DNA of 52,548 nucleotides from an uncultured Methanosarcinales archaeon (GTDB lineage Archaea; Nanobdellota; Nanobdellia; Woesearchaeales; CAZYIM01). Positions 10,928 to 20,067 of this stretch are shown in pieces. The notes beneath the pieces were generated by a model, which saw only the letters and a program-made list of their open reading frames with translations, searched no databases and was not told the DNA's origin. The position numbers were made by a program, and so were the translations under genes. Each line of letters begins with the position of its first letter. Position 1 is the first letter of the stretch. The stretch lies in NCBI GenBank assembly GCA_964647565.1, contig CAZYIM010000015.1, positions 1 to 52,548 of the forward strand, written 5' to 3'.

Positions 10928-12597
10928 TTTTCTTGTTTCAATATATTCATCAATACATCCGCAGTCTTGTTTGGATCGTGTCTTATCAATGAGCGGGAGA
11001 TCTTGTCCTGCTTGTTTTGTTTTTCCTTTGTGTCTTTCAACAGGTTTGCCGTGATTACCTCTACATCATTTAGTTGATGAGAGTTATCCTCAACTTTTAC
11101 CTCTTCTTTTGCGCTGTATTTATTGAGCAGTTGGTTTTCAGGCTCTTGAGAATTCACAATCACATAATCGAGATCTATGAACTTGTTTAAGCTTTTTGTA
11201 AAATCAGTCACTTTCAAGAAATTGGTGGCCTTGGTGCTCATCAGGTTGCAGACATAGACTTTCTTGGCCTTTGATTTATTTATAGCGGCTGGAATCCCAC
11301 TTACCAGCATATTGGAGAGGATGCTGGCATTGAACATGCCGGGTGCAACCACTATAAGATCTGCGTTCTCTATTGCATGGAGAGCATTAGGATTTGCATT
11401 CACCTTCGGACGAAGTTCCAATTCTTCAACATGGTTTATTATGTCCCGCATCACATTGTGTTTTGATACCAGGTTTTCTCCTTTTAACACGAGTCGGGAT
11501 TTGAGGGCTGCGTGTAGGTCTGTCTTTTCAAGAGTGACTGGGATGACATTTCCCCTGATAGAAAGAATGTTGCTGGCGTGCTCTACAGCGTCTGCAAAAT
11601 TACCGTGCACTTTCTCAAGCGCAGACAATAATAGGTTGCCGAATGAATGTCCTTTCAATCCGCCGTTTGCAAACCTATAGTTGATAAGATCTCTCATCTT
11701 TGAATCTGATTCTGACAATGCAACCAGACACTGTCTAACATCTCCTGGCGGCAACACCCCAAGTTCATCCCTTAACAAACCAGTACTGCCTCCATTATCC
11801 ACCATGTTTACAATGGTTGAGAGTTTACATTTTTTCTTTTTCAAGCCTCGTAGCAGCATAAAATTACCCGTACCTCCGCCTATGGTGACAATAGATGGTT
11901 GTAGGGGGGTGTTTCCGTTCTCAAAACCTTCGATGATCTTCGGAAGCTCAGATATCTTTTCTATTTTAAAGTCAGGCACTTCTAAATCATTCAGGGGTTC
12001 GATATCCTGAAAACGGCCTTGTTTGATCTGGACTGTGAGAAAGCCAAGCCTGTTGGACATCCTGATCTCGTCATGTAGCTTATCGCCAACAGATATCACT
12101 TCGTTTGGAGTTGCCCTGAAATGTTTTAGTACTTGTTTAAAACAGTCTTCTTTTGGAGGGCCTAAGTATTGATCGCTTACCAAAATCAGATCAAATGCGT
12201 CATGAAGTTTTAACATGTGCACTTTTCTCATCTGACGTTTAAAGATGCCTGATGTGACCAACGCCAGTTTGTAGTCTGTTAGTTTTTTTAGTGTGGGTGC
12301 AACGTCTGCAAAAAGGGATATCTTCTCTACCTGTTCGTTATTGTACTCTTTATATGCTACATTTACTAGTTCTGGATCAACTACTGCATATTCCTGGCAT
12401 AGTTTGTCAAATAGTGCACATTTTTCTCCATATTTTTTTAGAATTGATTTACTTTTTTCATAGGCTTCTTGCTCTGTGCAGGGAAGGCCTGCATTAACCA
12501 TTGCCCTTATCGCTCTTCTCCTCGCAGATTCAACAAGTGTTCCTGTGCAGTCGAATAATGTGTCGTCCAAGTCAAATATGAGTACCTTGATTTTCAC
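10924..12597 (-). CDS. Fusion of a HAD-superfamily hydrolase and a YvcK/GlmR (UPF0052, CofD-like) domain
   Basis: N-terminal FDLDDTL and VGDKLHDEI. C-terminal IGGGTG, VDNGGSTG, PPGDVR, GHSFGNL and IRHDP. Confidence 0.88.
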   Translation of the reverse strand: MKIKVLIFDLDDTLFDCTGTLVESARRRAIRAMVNAGLPCTEQEAYEKSKSILKKYGEKCALFDKLCQEYAVVDPELVNVAYKEYNNEQVEKISLFADVAPTLKKLTDYKLALVTSGIFKRQMRKVHMLKLHDAFDLILVSDQYLGPPKEDCFKQVLKHFRATPNEVISVGDKLHDEIRMSNRLGFLTVQIKQGRFQDIEPLNDLEVPDFKIEKISELPKIIEGFENGNTPLQPSIVTIGGGTGNFMLLRGLKKKKCKLSTIVNMVDNGGSTGLLRDELGVLPPGDVRQCLVALSESDSKMRDLINYRFANGGLKGHSFGNLLLSALEKVHGNFADAVEHASNILSIRGNVIPVTLEKTDLHAALKSRLVLKGENLVSKHNVMRDIINHVEELELRPKVNANPNALHAIENADLIVVAPGMFNASILSNMLVSGIPAAINKSKAKKVYVCNLMSTKATNFLKVTDFTKSLNKFIDLDYVIVNSQEPENQLLNKYSAKEEVKVEDNSHQLNDVEVITANLLKDTKEKQNKQDKISRSLIRHDPNKTADVLMNILKQEN

Positions 12598-12615
12598 TGT
12601 AGTTTACCTCTGTTG

Positions 12616-12700
12616 AAATAAATATTCCTGGCCAGGCGAGGCGCTAGCCGAGTAAGACTTTCGCAGAAAGTCTGTCTGTGCCAGGAAGGAATATTTATTT
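12616..12700. repeat. Y-shaped palindromic intergenic element (copy B)
   Basis: Outer inverted repeat aaataaatattcctggc / gccaggaa-ggaatatttattt encloses ggc-gcta-gcc and agactttc-gca-gaaagtct. Confidence 0.75.
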
Positions 12701-12800
12701 TATTTTTTTCCTTTTAATTTTCTCTTTCTGCATCATAGAAAGGCTTATATATAAGTATTATTAAACAAATTATATTACCGTTAAAAATAAAATTGTAACA

Positions 12801-13736
12801 ATGGGTGATAAAATGATGCTGATTGAAAAGACAAAAGAGGGTATTAAAAACTATTCTGCCAAGGAGATCAAATACAAATATTTCAAACACCTGAACTCTC
12901 ATTTGGCTAAAAGGATACTAAATGAACTTGCAATTAAACCAGACTATCCTAAGAACATTGCAAAAAAACTTAAAGTCCATGAACAAAAGGTGTATTACCA
13001 TATCCGTAATCTTGAGAAGGCGGGCATAGTTGAGCATATAAGGACTGATGTTACTAAGGGTGCCAGCGCTAACATTTTTAAGCTTTGTGAACCGGTTATT
13101 GTGCTTAAATTCAGTGACGTGAAACCGACAGGTCAGATGCCTGCAATTAAGGACATCTCTGAAGAGTTCTTTTATCCGTTGATCGATAATGGTCGGCTTA
13201 ACGCCACCGTGGTTGTTGGAAGTCCTGATCCTCACGGTCCTGAGAAAGCCAGGAGCCGGGATGGCTATTATGGCATTGACCTGGCCCTATTCATAGGTAC
13301 TTTCTTAAACCAGATGGATGATCGGAAAGTCAAGCTGGATACAGAGGTAAATGAAGATGAGCTGCGTGGCAATCTAGTCTTGATTGGCGGGCCTGTTGTC
13401 AATAATATCACCCGACAGATCAACCATAAATTGCAGATATTCTTTGATGAGAAAAACCATTGGGCTGTCACCTCAAAGGTCAGCGGCAAGAGTTATCATG
13501 CTGATGAAATTGGTGTAATAGTCAAATGGAGAAACCCTTTCAATCCTAAGAAGTTTGTGCTTCTAGTTGCTGGGAAGAGGTATGCGGGTACCAAGGCGGC
13601 CATAATCGGCATGATCAAGCATTATGGTGAGGTTCTTAAGGGCAATAAGCACAATCCCAAGATCCTTGCAAAGATATTTGAGGGTATAGATCTTGATTCA
13701 GACGGCATTGTGGATGATGTAGAAGTGATTGAGTAG
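12801..13736 (+). CDS. ArsR-type winged-HTH protein fused to an S-layer-C-like domain
   Basis: HTH segment IAKKLKVHEQKVYYHIRNLEKAGIV. C-terminal NLVLIGGPVVN, NPF and LLVAG..GTKAA motifs. Confidence 0.75.
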   Translation: MGDKMMLIEKTKEGIKNYSAKEIKYKYFKHLNSHLAKRILNELAIKPDYPKNIAKKLKVHEQKVYYHIRNLEKAGIVEHIRTDVTKGASANIFKLCEPVIVLKFSDVKPTGQMPAIKDISEEFFYPLIDNGRLNATVVVGSPDPHGPEKARSRDGYYGIDLALFIGTFLNQMDDRKVKLDTEVNEDELRGNLVLIGGPVVNNITRQINHKLQIFFDEKNHWAVTSKVSGKSYHADEIGVIVKWRNPFNPKKFVLLVAGKRYAGTKAAIIGMIKHYGEVLKGNKHNPKILAKIFEGIDLDSDGIVDDVEVIE

Positions 13737-13739
13737 ATA

Positions 13740-14375
13740 CTAGAACCTGTCCTGCAGGATCTTTACTGTTCTTTCAAACAACTTAAGATCTGGTTGTTCT
13801 CTCCAGTTCCAGTCCTCTATCCCTTCTGTTTTTGCAATGACTCTTCTCATATATTGTGAAGGGATCTGGAAATTGACCTCTGTTACAAACTTTTTTTGAT
13901 CAGAAGGTTGGATAAACATGTATGATGCTTGCTGTGCCTGGAATATCTCAGATAGTGGGCTGAAATCAGATATCCTCTCGAGCTTAAAATATTGTTTAAG
14001 GTTCAGCATATCTGCCATGTTTTCAAGCAATGGCGGTATTATCTTATTTTCGACTGTTAAGATATGCAGGTGCGCATGGTCAAGACAGCCGCCGCCTCTG
14101 TGGCTGCAGACCCTTGGGCCATGTTCGAACACTACAACATCTGACTTGTATAGTTCTGAAAGTCTTGATTTGGTCTTTTCTGTTATCTGCTCAAGTTCTT
14201 TATGCATTTTTTTGGGGATGTGGCCCACACCCCTGAAGTGTTTTTTTGAGCAGACCAATAAGTATCCCTCGCGTTCCATCTGCCCTATTGTTGGTACTAC
14301 AAAGAAATTCTTTGATTCTGTTATGATGTTCTTTTTCTTGTCATATTCCAGCCCTAACCTGCAGCATGTAATCAT
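13740..14375 (-). CDS. HIT-like hydrolase (CwfJ/Cwf19 C-terminal-like)
   Basis: GYLLV..KKH, FEHG, CLDHAHLH and SQYMRR..WNWR motifs. Start moved to the internal ATG (MITCC). Confidence 0.7.
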   Translation of the reverse strand: MITCCRLGLEYDKKKNIITESKNFFVVPTIGQMEREGYLLVCSKKHFRGVGHIPKKMHKELEQITEKTKSRLSELYKSDVVVFEHGPRVCSHRGGGCLDHAHLHILTVENKIIPPLLENMADMLNLKQYFKLERISDFSPLSEIFQAQQASYMFIQPSDQKKFVTEVNFQIPSQYMRRVIAKTEGIEDWNWREQPDLKLFERTVKILQDRF

Positions 14376-14631
14376 TATAAAAAGGGGTCTGTTTTTTAAT
14401 ATAAATCTTGCTTTTCTAAGGACATTAAGAATCATGATTTCTCGTCGGAAAACGCAAGATTTAAAAGTCTTTCTATGGGCTTTTTTTAGCCTCCTCGTCT
14501 AAAAAAACCGAAACCTTTATAAATGTTTCTAAATTCGTCTTTATAAATGTATTGTAGTTATTAATACATCACAATAACTACACTTTAAATATTTTGCGTA
14601 AACGTTATAAAAATTCGTTGGGGAGATAACA

Positions 14632-15555
14632 ATGGCATATGTAAAAAAATGCCCTGAATGTGGCGGAATCAATTTATTCTGGAATAAAGAGAAAGGAGAG
14701 GTCATCTGTAGAGACTGTGGTCTTGTTGTAGAAGACAAGATGGTCGATTTTGACCAGGAATGGAGAGAGTTCGACTCTGACGCTGCTGAAAGGAAAAGGA
14801 GAACTGGAGCTCCTATGAGCTATACCCAGTTTGATCAAGGTCTTGGGACAGACGTTGGAAAAAAATCAGATCTTTACGCCCTTGGCGGCAAATCAAAGAA
14901 CAAGTTCTTCAGGTTAAGGAAATGGCAGCAAAGAATCTCTACTGCAATTGAAAGGAATCTCAAGATGGCTCTTTCAGAGCTGAAGAGAGTATCTTCATAC
15001 CTTAAGCTGCCTGGCTCTGTTGAGGAAGAAGCATCTAGGATATATACCCTGGCTGTTCAAAAAGGCTTAGTAAGGGGGAGAAGCATGGAAAGCGTTGTTG
15101 CAGGAGCACTATATGCTGCTTGCAGAAGGCATGATGTGCCCAGAACCCTGGATGAACTTGGAGAAGCCTCAGGTATTGAGAAAAAAGAGATCGGAAGGAC
15201 CTATAGGTTCATCACAAGAGAGCTTGGAATCAAGATCCTGCCTAGTAATCCATCTGATTACATTGCAAGGTTTGCATCAGCTCTTAAACTGAATCCTGAA
15301 ACCCAGTCCAAGAGTGTTGAGCTTATTGAAAAAGCTCAAAAAGTCGAGTTGACCTCTGGAAGAGGACCTACTGGAATCGCTGCAGCTGCACTATACGTGG
15401 CAGCGCTTATCAATGGCGAGAAAAGGACTCAAAGAGAGGTTGCAGATGTTGCTGGCGTGACTGAAGTTACCATCCGAAACAGGTACAAGGAGCTTCTTGA
15501 GAAGCTTGATCTTGAAAAAGAGATCAAGAAAACCAAGAAGAAAAAGAAATCTTAA
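14632..15555 (+). CDS. tfb: Transcription initiation factor IIB (TFB)
   Basis: Zn ribbon CPECG..CRDCG, EWREF B-reader, two cyclin folds (RGRS..PRTLDE, GRGPTG..TEVTIRNRYKEL). Confidence 0.98.
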   Translation: MAYVKKCPECGGINLFWNKEKGEVICRDCGLVVEDKMVDFDQEWREFDSDAAERKRRTGAPMSYTQFDQGLGTDVGKKSDLYALGGKSKNKFFRLRKWQQRISTAIERNLKMALSELKRVSSYLKLPGSVEEEASRIYTLAVQKGLVRGRSMESVVAGALYAACRRHDVPRTLDELGEASGIEKKEIGRTYRFITRELGIKILPSNPSDYIARFASALKLNPETQSKSVELIEKAQKVELTSGRGPTGIAAAALYVAALINGEKRTQREVADVAGVTEVTIRNRYKELLEKLDLEKEIKKTKKKKKS

Positions 15556-15588
15556 CAGATTTCTTAATTTTCTTTCTTTAACAGAACG

Positions 15589-16041
15589 ATGGTATCAAAT
15601 ATTATAACACCTGAAAATGAAAACTTTGATGCTGATACTGTTTATAATCTATTTAAAAATTATGCTGAATCTGAAGGTGCAATTGTTTCAGTAGGGGATG
15701 GCTGGAAAAATTATTTTAAGTTGTATAATGATCCGCCGATTGATGATTTCTTTCAAGAAAGAATTTCAGCTATAATTGAGCAGAAGCCTGATTTCTTTGA
15801 AAATAATGATATTATGCTTCCTGAAAATTATATGGTTGCTCTTTTTGATCATTATTATGGTCGTCCCGAACTTATGCAGCGCTATGGTAATAAAACGATT
15901 AATGTTCTAGCTAATAAGGCCAAAGTATGGATTGAACATATAAGGTTTTATTTAATAGAATATCCTGATCAAGCAGAATTAAACCACGCAGTAGCAGAAT
16001 TTAAAACCATTATGGAAGGTAGATATAAATTACCTGAATAA
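15589..16041 (+). CDS. Hypothetical protein
   Basis: 150-aa AT-rich ORF filling the gap downstream of tfb. Confidence 0.65.
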   Translation: MVSNIITPENENFDADTVYNLFKNYAESEGAIVSVGDGWKNYFKLYNDPPIDDFFQERISAIIEQKPDFFENNDIMLPENYMVALFDHYYGRPELMQRYGNKTINVLANKAKVWIEHIRFYLIEYPDQAELNHAVAEFKTIMEGRYKLPE

Positions 16042-16044
16042 ATT

Positions 16045-17283
16045 TTATGTTTCCTTTTTTTCTCTTATTACAAAAACCTTATCGTTTTTTCTTAGTTTTT
16101 CTGTTGATTGTACTGTGATTTGGCTGTTTTTCTTTGCCAGTTTCGAAGGTTTGTCATCTACCCAGATTTCTTGGGCTTGGACATAGACAGCTCCAGTAGT
16201 GGGACCTGTGATCAGAATATCGTCGCCTTTTTTCACACTTGCAGCTTCCAGGTGCATCAATGCAATGCCCTTCTTTGCATAATAGTTGAGCACTTTTCCT
16301 ATGTATGTCTTGGTTGTGGTTGCCTTTGAGCCATATTCGCCAGACCATTCACCGGCTTTTCTGCCCAGGTAGTATCCGCCTTTCCAAAATCCCCTATTAT
16401 ATACTGAGGATAGCTGTTTTCTCCATCTCTGTACTTTTGCCTTGCTAAAAGTCTTATTTTGAATGCTTTTTACAGCATTATTGTATGTCTTTACAACAGT
16501 ATATACATAGTCTGCTTTTCTTGCTCGGCCTTCTATCTTGAATACAGCTACGCCTGCATTGACTAGTTTGTCAAGCATGCCAATAGTGCAAAGATCTGCG
16601 GGGGACATGATGAATCTGTTTTTTATCTTTAGCTTATCCCCTGTCTCATCGTCTTCAACAAGATATGATCTTCTGCATGCATGCAGGCAATCTCCTCTAT
16701 TGGCTGAGTGATTATATTGAGCAAGGCTCATGTAGCATTTGCCTGAGATCGCAATGCACAGAGCTCCGTGTACAAAGACCTCGATCTGGATAAGTTTGTT
16801 GCTGGGCCCTCGGATTTTCTCTTTTTTTATGGCTTGGCAAATCTTTTTTATCTGATCAATATCCAATTCTCTTGCCAGAACAATGACTTCAGCAAACTTT
16901 GAATAGAATCTAACTGCCTCAATATTGGAGATGTTAGCCTGTGTGGACATATGTACTCTTAATCCAATTTTCTTTGCATATTGAAGGACTGCCAGATCAT
17001 GGGCAATGATTGCGGTTATACCATATTTCTTTGCAGCATCACATGTTTTATGCATCTCAATTATGTCGTTGTCATAGATGACACTGTTGACCGTAAGATA
17101 GCTGTTCACATTATTCTTTTTGCAGATAGCTGCAACTTTGGCTATATCGCTTTTACAAAAGCCAGTTGCGCCCCGACTTCTCATGTCAAGCTTACCCACC
17201 CCGAAATAGGTGGAATTTGCACCTGCTTTGATGGCTGCAGCCAGGGTTTCAAAAGAGCCTGCAGGTGCCATAATCTCTGTCAT
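16045..17283 (-). CDS. U32 peptidase-family protein (TrhP/YegQ-like, probable tRNA hydroxylation)
   Basis: EIMAPAG, HMSTQAN, LAREL, EVFVHGALCIAISGKC, NRGDCLHACRR and FKIEGR motifs, plus a C-terminal beta-barrel. Confidence 0.9.
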   Translation of the reverse strand: MTEIMAPAGSFETLAAAIKAGANSTYFGVGKLDMRSRGATGFCKSDIAKVAAICKKNNVNSYLTVNSVIYDNDIIEMHKTCDAAKKYGITAIIAHDLAVLQYAKKIGLRVHMSTQANISNIEAVRFYSKFAEVIVLARELDIDQIKKICQAIKKEKIRGPSNKLIQIEVFVHGALCIAISGKCYMSLAQYNHSANRGDCLHACRRSYLVEDDETGDKLKIKNRFIMSPADLCTIGMLDKLVNAGVAVFKIEGRARKADYVYTVVKTYNNAVKSIQNKTFSKAKVQRWRKQLSSVYNRGFWKGGYYLGRKAGEWSGEYGSKATTTKTYIGKVLNYYAKKGIALMHLEAASVKKGDDILITGPTTGAVYVQAQEIWVDDKPSKLAKKNSQITVQSTEKLRKNDKVFVIREKKET

Positions 17284-17388
17284 GATATTGGTTGATGTTG
17301 TAACAGTTAAAATGTTTTCGCTGTTTGGGTTGGGATATCAATAAACTTTTTATATGAGCTTTACAATTTAAGCCCTAGAGGTGAAAAA

Positions 17389-17808
17389 ATGATAGAGTAT
17401 ATCATAATAATTATTGCATCTGTAATCGGCCTTTTCATAAGCGCTTTATTGCTTTGGCTGAGTGCAAAGATCTTCAAGCAGAAACTAAGCTATGGGAAAT
17501 CTTTGGGTCCCGCTGCAATTGTTGTGGTGTCGGGTCTATTTTTCAGTTTGATAGGCCTGATTGATCCTATAATTAACATAATCACGTCGATTTTAGGCAT
17601 GCTGGTGGGTCTTGCTCTCTTCTTGACATTACCTTCGCTATTGCTTAAAATGGAGTGGAACAAGGGACTGCTCGTAGGCTTAGTCTGGATGGTCTTTTCA
17701 TTTGTTCTGGGCTTGATCTTGATGGTCATAGGTGGAGTTATAGTTGCCCTTGTTTTAGGATCTGCAATGAGCAACATGATGACAGGTTTTGCAACACTTT
17801 TTGCCTAG
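17389..17808 (+). CDS. Hypothetical membrane protein (4 TM)
   Basis: Hydrophobic ORF with GAGGTGA SD. Confidence 0.75.
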   Translation: MIEYIIIIIASVIGLFISALLLWLSAKIFKQKLSYGKSLGPAAIVVVSGLFFSLIGLIDPIINIITSILGMLVGLALFLTLPSLLLKMEWNKGLLVGLVWMVFSFVLGLILMVIGGVIVALVLGSAMSNMMTGFATLFA

Positions 17809-18119
17809 AATTTGAAAAGGGCTCTTTCAAAGTCCTTTATTTTTTTATTTTCTATCTTTACCCCTTCTTTTCTTAGAAGTCTTATTTTCTTTTCTATGTT
17901 CTTGCCTTGGGTTTGGCCTGCAAAACCACCAATCTTGCCATCGCTAGATACAACCCTGTGGCACGGCACAACAGGGGCATAAGGATTATTCCTGAGTGCT
18001 TGGCCGACTGCTCTGTATGCATTGGTCTTCATGGCTTTGGCCACATATTTGTAGGTTGTCACACGGCCTTTGGGCACTTTTTTAGTCAGGGCATAGACTT
18101 TTTCTGAAAAACTTTTCAT
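17805..18119 (-). CDS. ogt: O6-methylguanine-DNA methyltransferase (MGMT, C-terminal domain only)
   Basis: VPKGRVTTY, YRAVGQAL and intact PCHRVV. Start placed at MKSFSEK. Confidence 0.9.
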   Translation of the reverse strand: MKSFSEKVYALTKKVPKGRVTTYKYVAKAMKTNAYRAVGQALRNNPYAPVVPCHRVVSSDGKIGGFAGQTQGKNIEKKIRLLRKEGVKIENKKIKDFERALFKF

Positions 18120-18171
18120 ATTTTCGGGTAAGATAAAATGATTTATAAATAATTCTATCTTTAATATAGTT

Positions 18172-18390
18172 ATGATTGGATTTCTCAGAAAGCCATTCAC
18201 TAAGAAGGATTATCTGACTGGCAAGATATCCCAATATCATAAAGAGCAGGATGAATCTGCCCAAGAACCGGATTATAGACCTTATATATTGAGACAATAT
18301 GAGGATCTGATTGAATATGTCTGTGAAGAATATAAACCAGGATTTCATCGAGAATACTATCGTTTTAAATCTGAGAAACAATTGCCTTGA
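18172..18390 (+). CDS. Small hypothetical protein
   Basis: 72-aa ORF after an AT-rich TATA-like tract. Confidence 0.45.
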   Translation: MIGFLRKPFTKKDYLTGKISQYHKEQDESAQEPDYRPYILRQYEDLIEYVCEEYKPGFHREYYRFKSEKQLP

Positions 18391-18973
18391 AGTTTTTTTC
18401 TGAATAGTTTTTCTTGTATTGTTCTGCAGCTTTCAGAATTTTCTTTTTTTCGATCTCCAGACCTTTGCTTTTCAATAGAATCCCCACTTTGATACTGACA
18501 ATGAATTGACAGAATTGAGTCACATTCTTTGGCCGTAGAGTGTGTTTACAACGCTCAAAGTCAAGTAATATAGGCTGCATTTTTCTTATTACGATGTGCT
18601 TATATGGATAGGTCATCTCCAGCTTGTTGATGCCAAGTTTATCTAGTTTTCTCATCTGTTCGAAGACCAATATTAATACCTTTTGGATATCTTTCTTTTC
18701 AGCCCGTTCTAAGAAATCAAGAATTCTTTCCCCATCAATGTACTCCATTAACAGCTGGTGCTTATTGAATCCGAGCAGCTTGGGGCCAATACCTAGCTGG
18801 TTGACAAGCTTCAGGTGATGGGCTTCATTCTCAAGCCTGTTTATTGCCTTGCTCTCGGGGTTGATCTCCTTGATAGCAATCTCTTTACCAGCTAAAAGCC
18901 CTCTATAGACGATGCCTCTTTTACCTTTTGCTAGAAATTCCTCTTTTATTAAGTCAGAACTTGATCTTGCCAT
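18365..18973 (-). CDS. Archaeal Ser/Thr kinase-like protein (RIO/Bud32-related)
   Basis: AKGKRGIVY, IAIK, ENEA, LMEYIDG and LLDFE motifs. Confidence 0.85.
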   Translation of the reverse strand: MARSSSDLIKEEFLAKGKRGIVYRGLLAGKEIAIKEINPESKAINRLENEAHHLKLVNQLGIGPKLLGFNKHQLLMEYIDGERILDFLERAEKKDIQKVLILVFEQMRKLDKLGINKLEMTYPYKHIVIRKMQPILLDFERCKHTLRPKNVTQFCQFIVSIKVGILLKSKGLEIEKKKILKAAEQYKKNYSEKNFKAIVSQI

Positions 18974-19937
18974 CTATCCACTCACCTGGTTTCCTTGAGA
19001 TTATATTATCGTTTTTATCTTTTACCTCATCATAGGTCTGCACTAGGAAATAGATCGGTACTAGCAGGTTGTTAAATTGTGAGTAAAATGCATCACAGCT
19101 GATCTGTTTGATTTTTACAGATGTCAATTCGCCTGTTCCTGCTGTAAACCTATATATTTCAGGTGTGATCTCTTCCTTTATAACAGTTACCCTTGCCCTC
19201 GCGCCGTTGACCAGGATCTCTATTTGACAGCTGTCGTCTCCGACATTGAAATAGGATTCGTGATATTCCAAGAAGTTGTGGAATTTGTTTATGAAATCAT
19301 CTGAGCTGATCTGGATACCTTCTTGTATCAAGGGATATTTGTTGTCTGGATCCTCTCTATTTACGATTTCATAAGGTTTATTGCCTATTTTTCGATATTT
19401 TGTCTTGATGTCAAGTTTTTTAACATTCAGGATCTCCTCAAGTTCGACCTTTATATTGCCATTCTTTTTTGTGACCTTCCGCTCATATTTAATTTCTTGA
19501 CCTATTATTTTCATCTTGGCCTTGCCATGTATTATTCCATCGTCTTTATCAGGATCATATTTCTTTTCATTAAGGTCTAATGTGATTTGGCATTCTTTGA
19601 ATAACCTAAAAAAACCTAAACCTACTTTATTTATCAAACCCATTATACCTCCTTCATGATAATGGATTGAATATTTCTGGTCAAGCTTGCCTGTTGTGAC
19701 GAATTTTTCGGCTATTTCTTCAAGCTCTTCATAATGTTCATCGACTGTTTTTTCCAGATAAATCTTTCTCTTAACATCGTGAGCTTTTTCGTAAAAGTCT
19801 GTTGACTCCACAGGCAAAGTTTTTAGCACTGGTTTGGGTCCTTTGGGTTTTAAATCTAGTTTAGTTTGGGCTGCAATTGGCATATATGCCAGAAATATAC
19901 TAAATACTAATGCGGATATTCCCTTTCTCATAGTCAC
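18954..19937 (-). CDS. Hypothetical secreted protein
   Basis: 327-aa ORF with an N-terminal signal-like segment. Confidence 0.7.
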   Translation of the reverse strand: MTMRKGISALVFSIFLAYMPIAAQTKLDLKPKGPKPVLKTLPVESTDFYEKAHDVKRKIYLEKTVDEHYEELEEIAEKFVTTGKLDQKYSIHYHEGGIMGLINKVGLGFFRLFKECQITLDLNEKKYDPDKDDGIIHGKAKMKIIGQEIKYERKVTKKNGNIKVELEEILNVKKLDIKTKYRKIGNKPYEIVNREDPDNKYPLIQEGIQISSDDFINKFHNFLEYHESYFNVGDDSCQIEILVNGARARVTVIKEEITPEIYRFTAGTGELTSVKIKQISCDAFYSQFNNLLVPIYFLVQTYDEVKDKNDNIISRKPGEWIDGKIKF

Positions 19938-20067
19938 TTCATTATTAAAACGTTCGGAGTTTTATATTAATTTTTCTATTATTAAGTGCAGAATCTTTTG
20001 AAATAGTTACTGGATAGTGGTTATGATGGAAAGATTTATATAGTTAAAACAACAATAATAGCAATAT

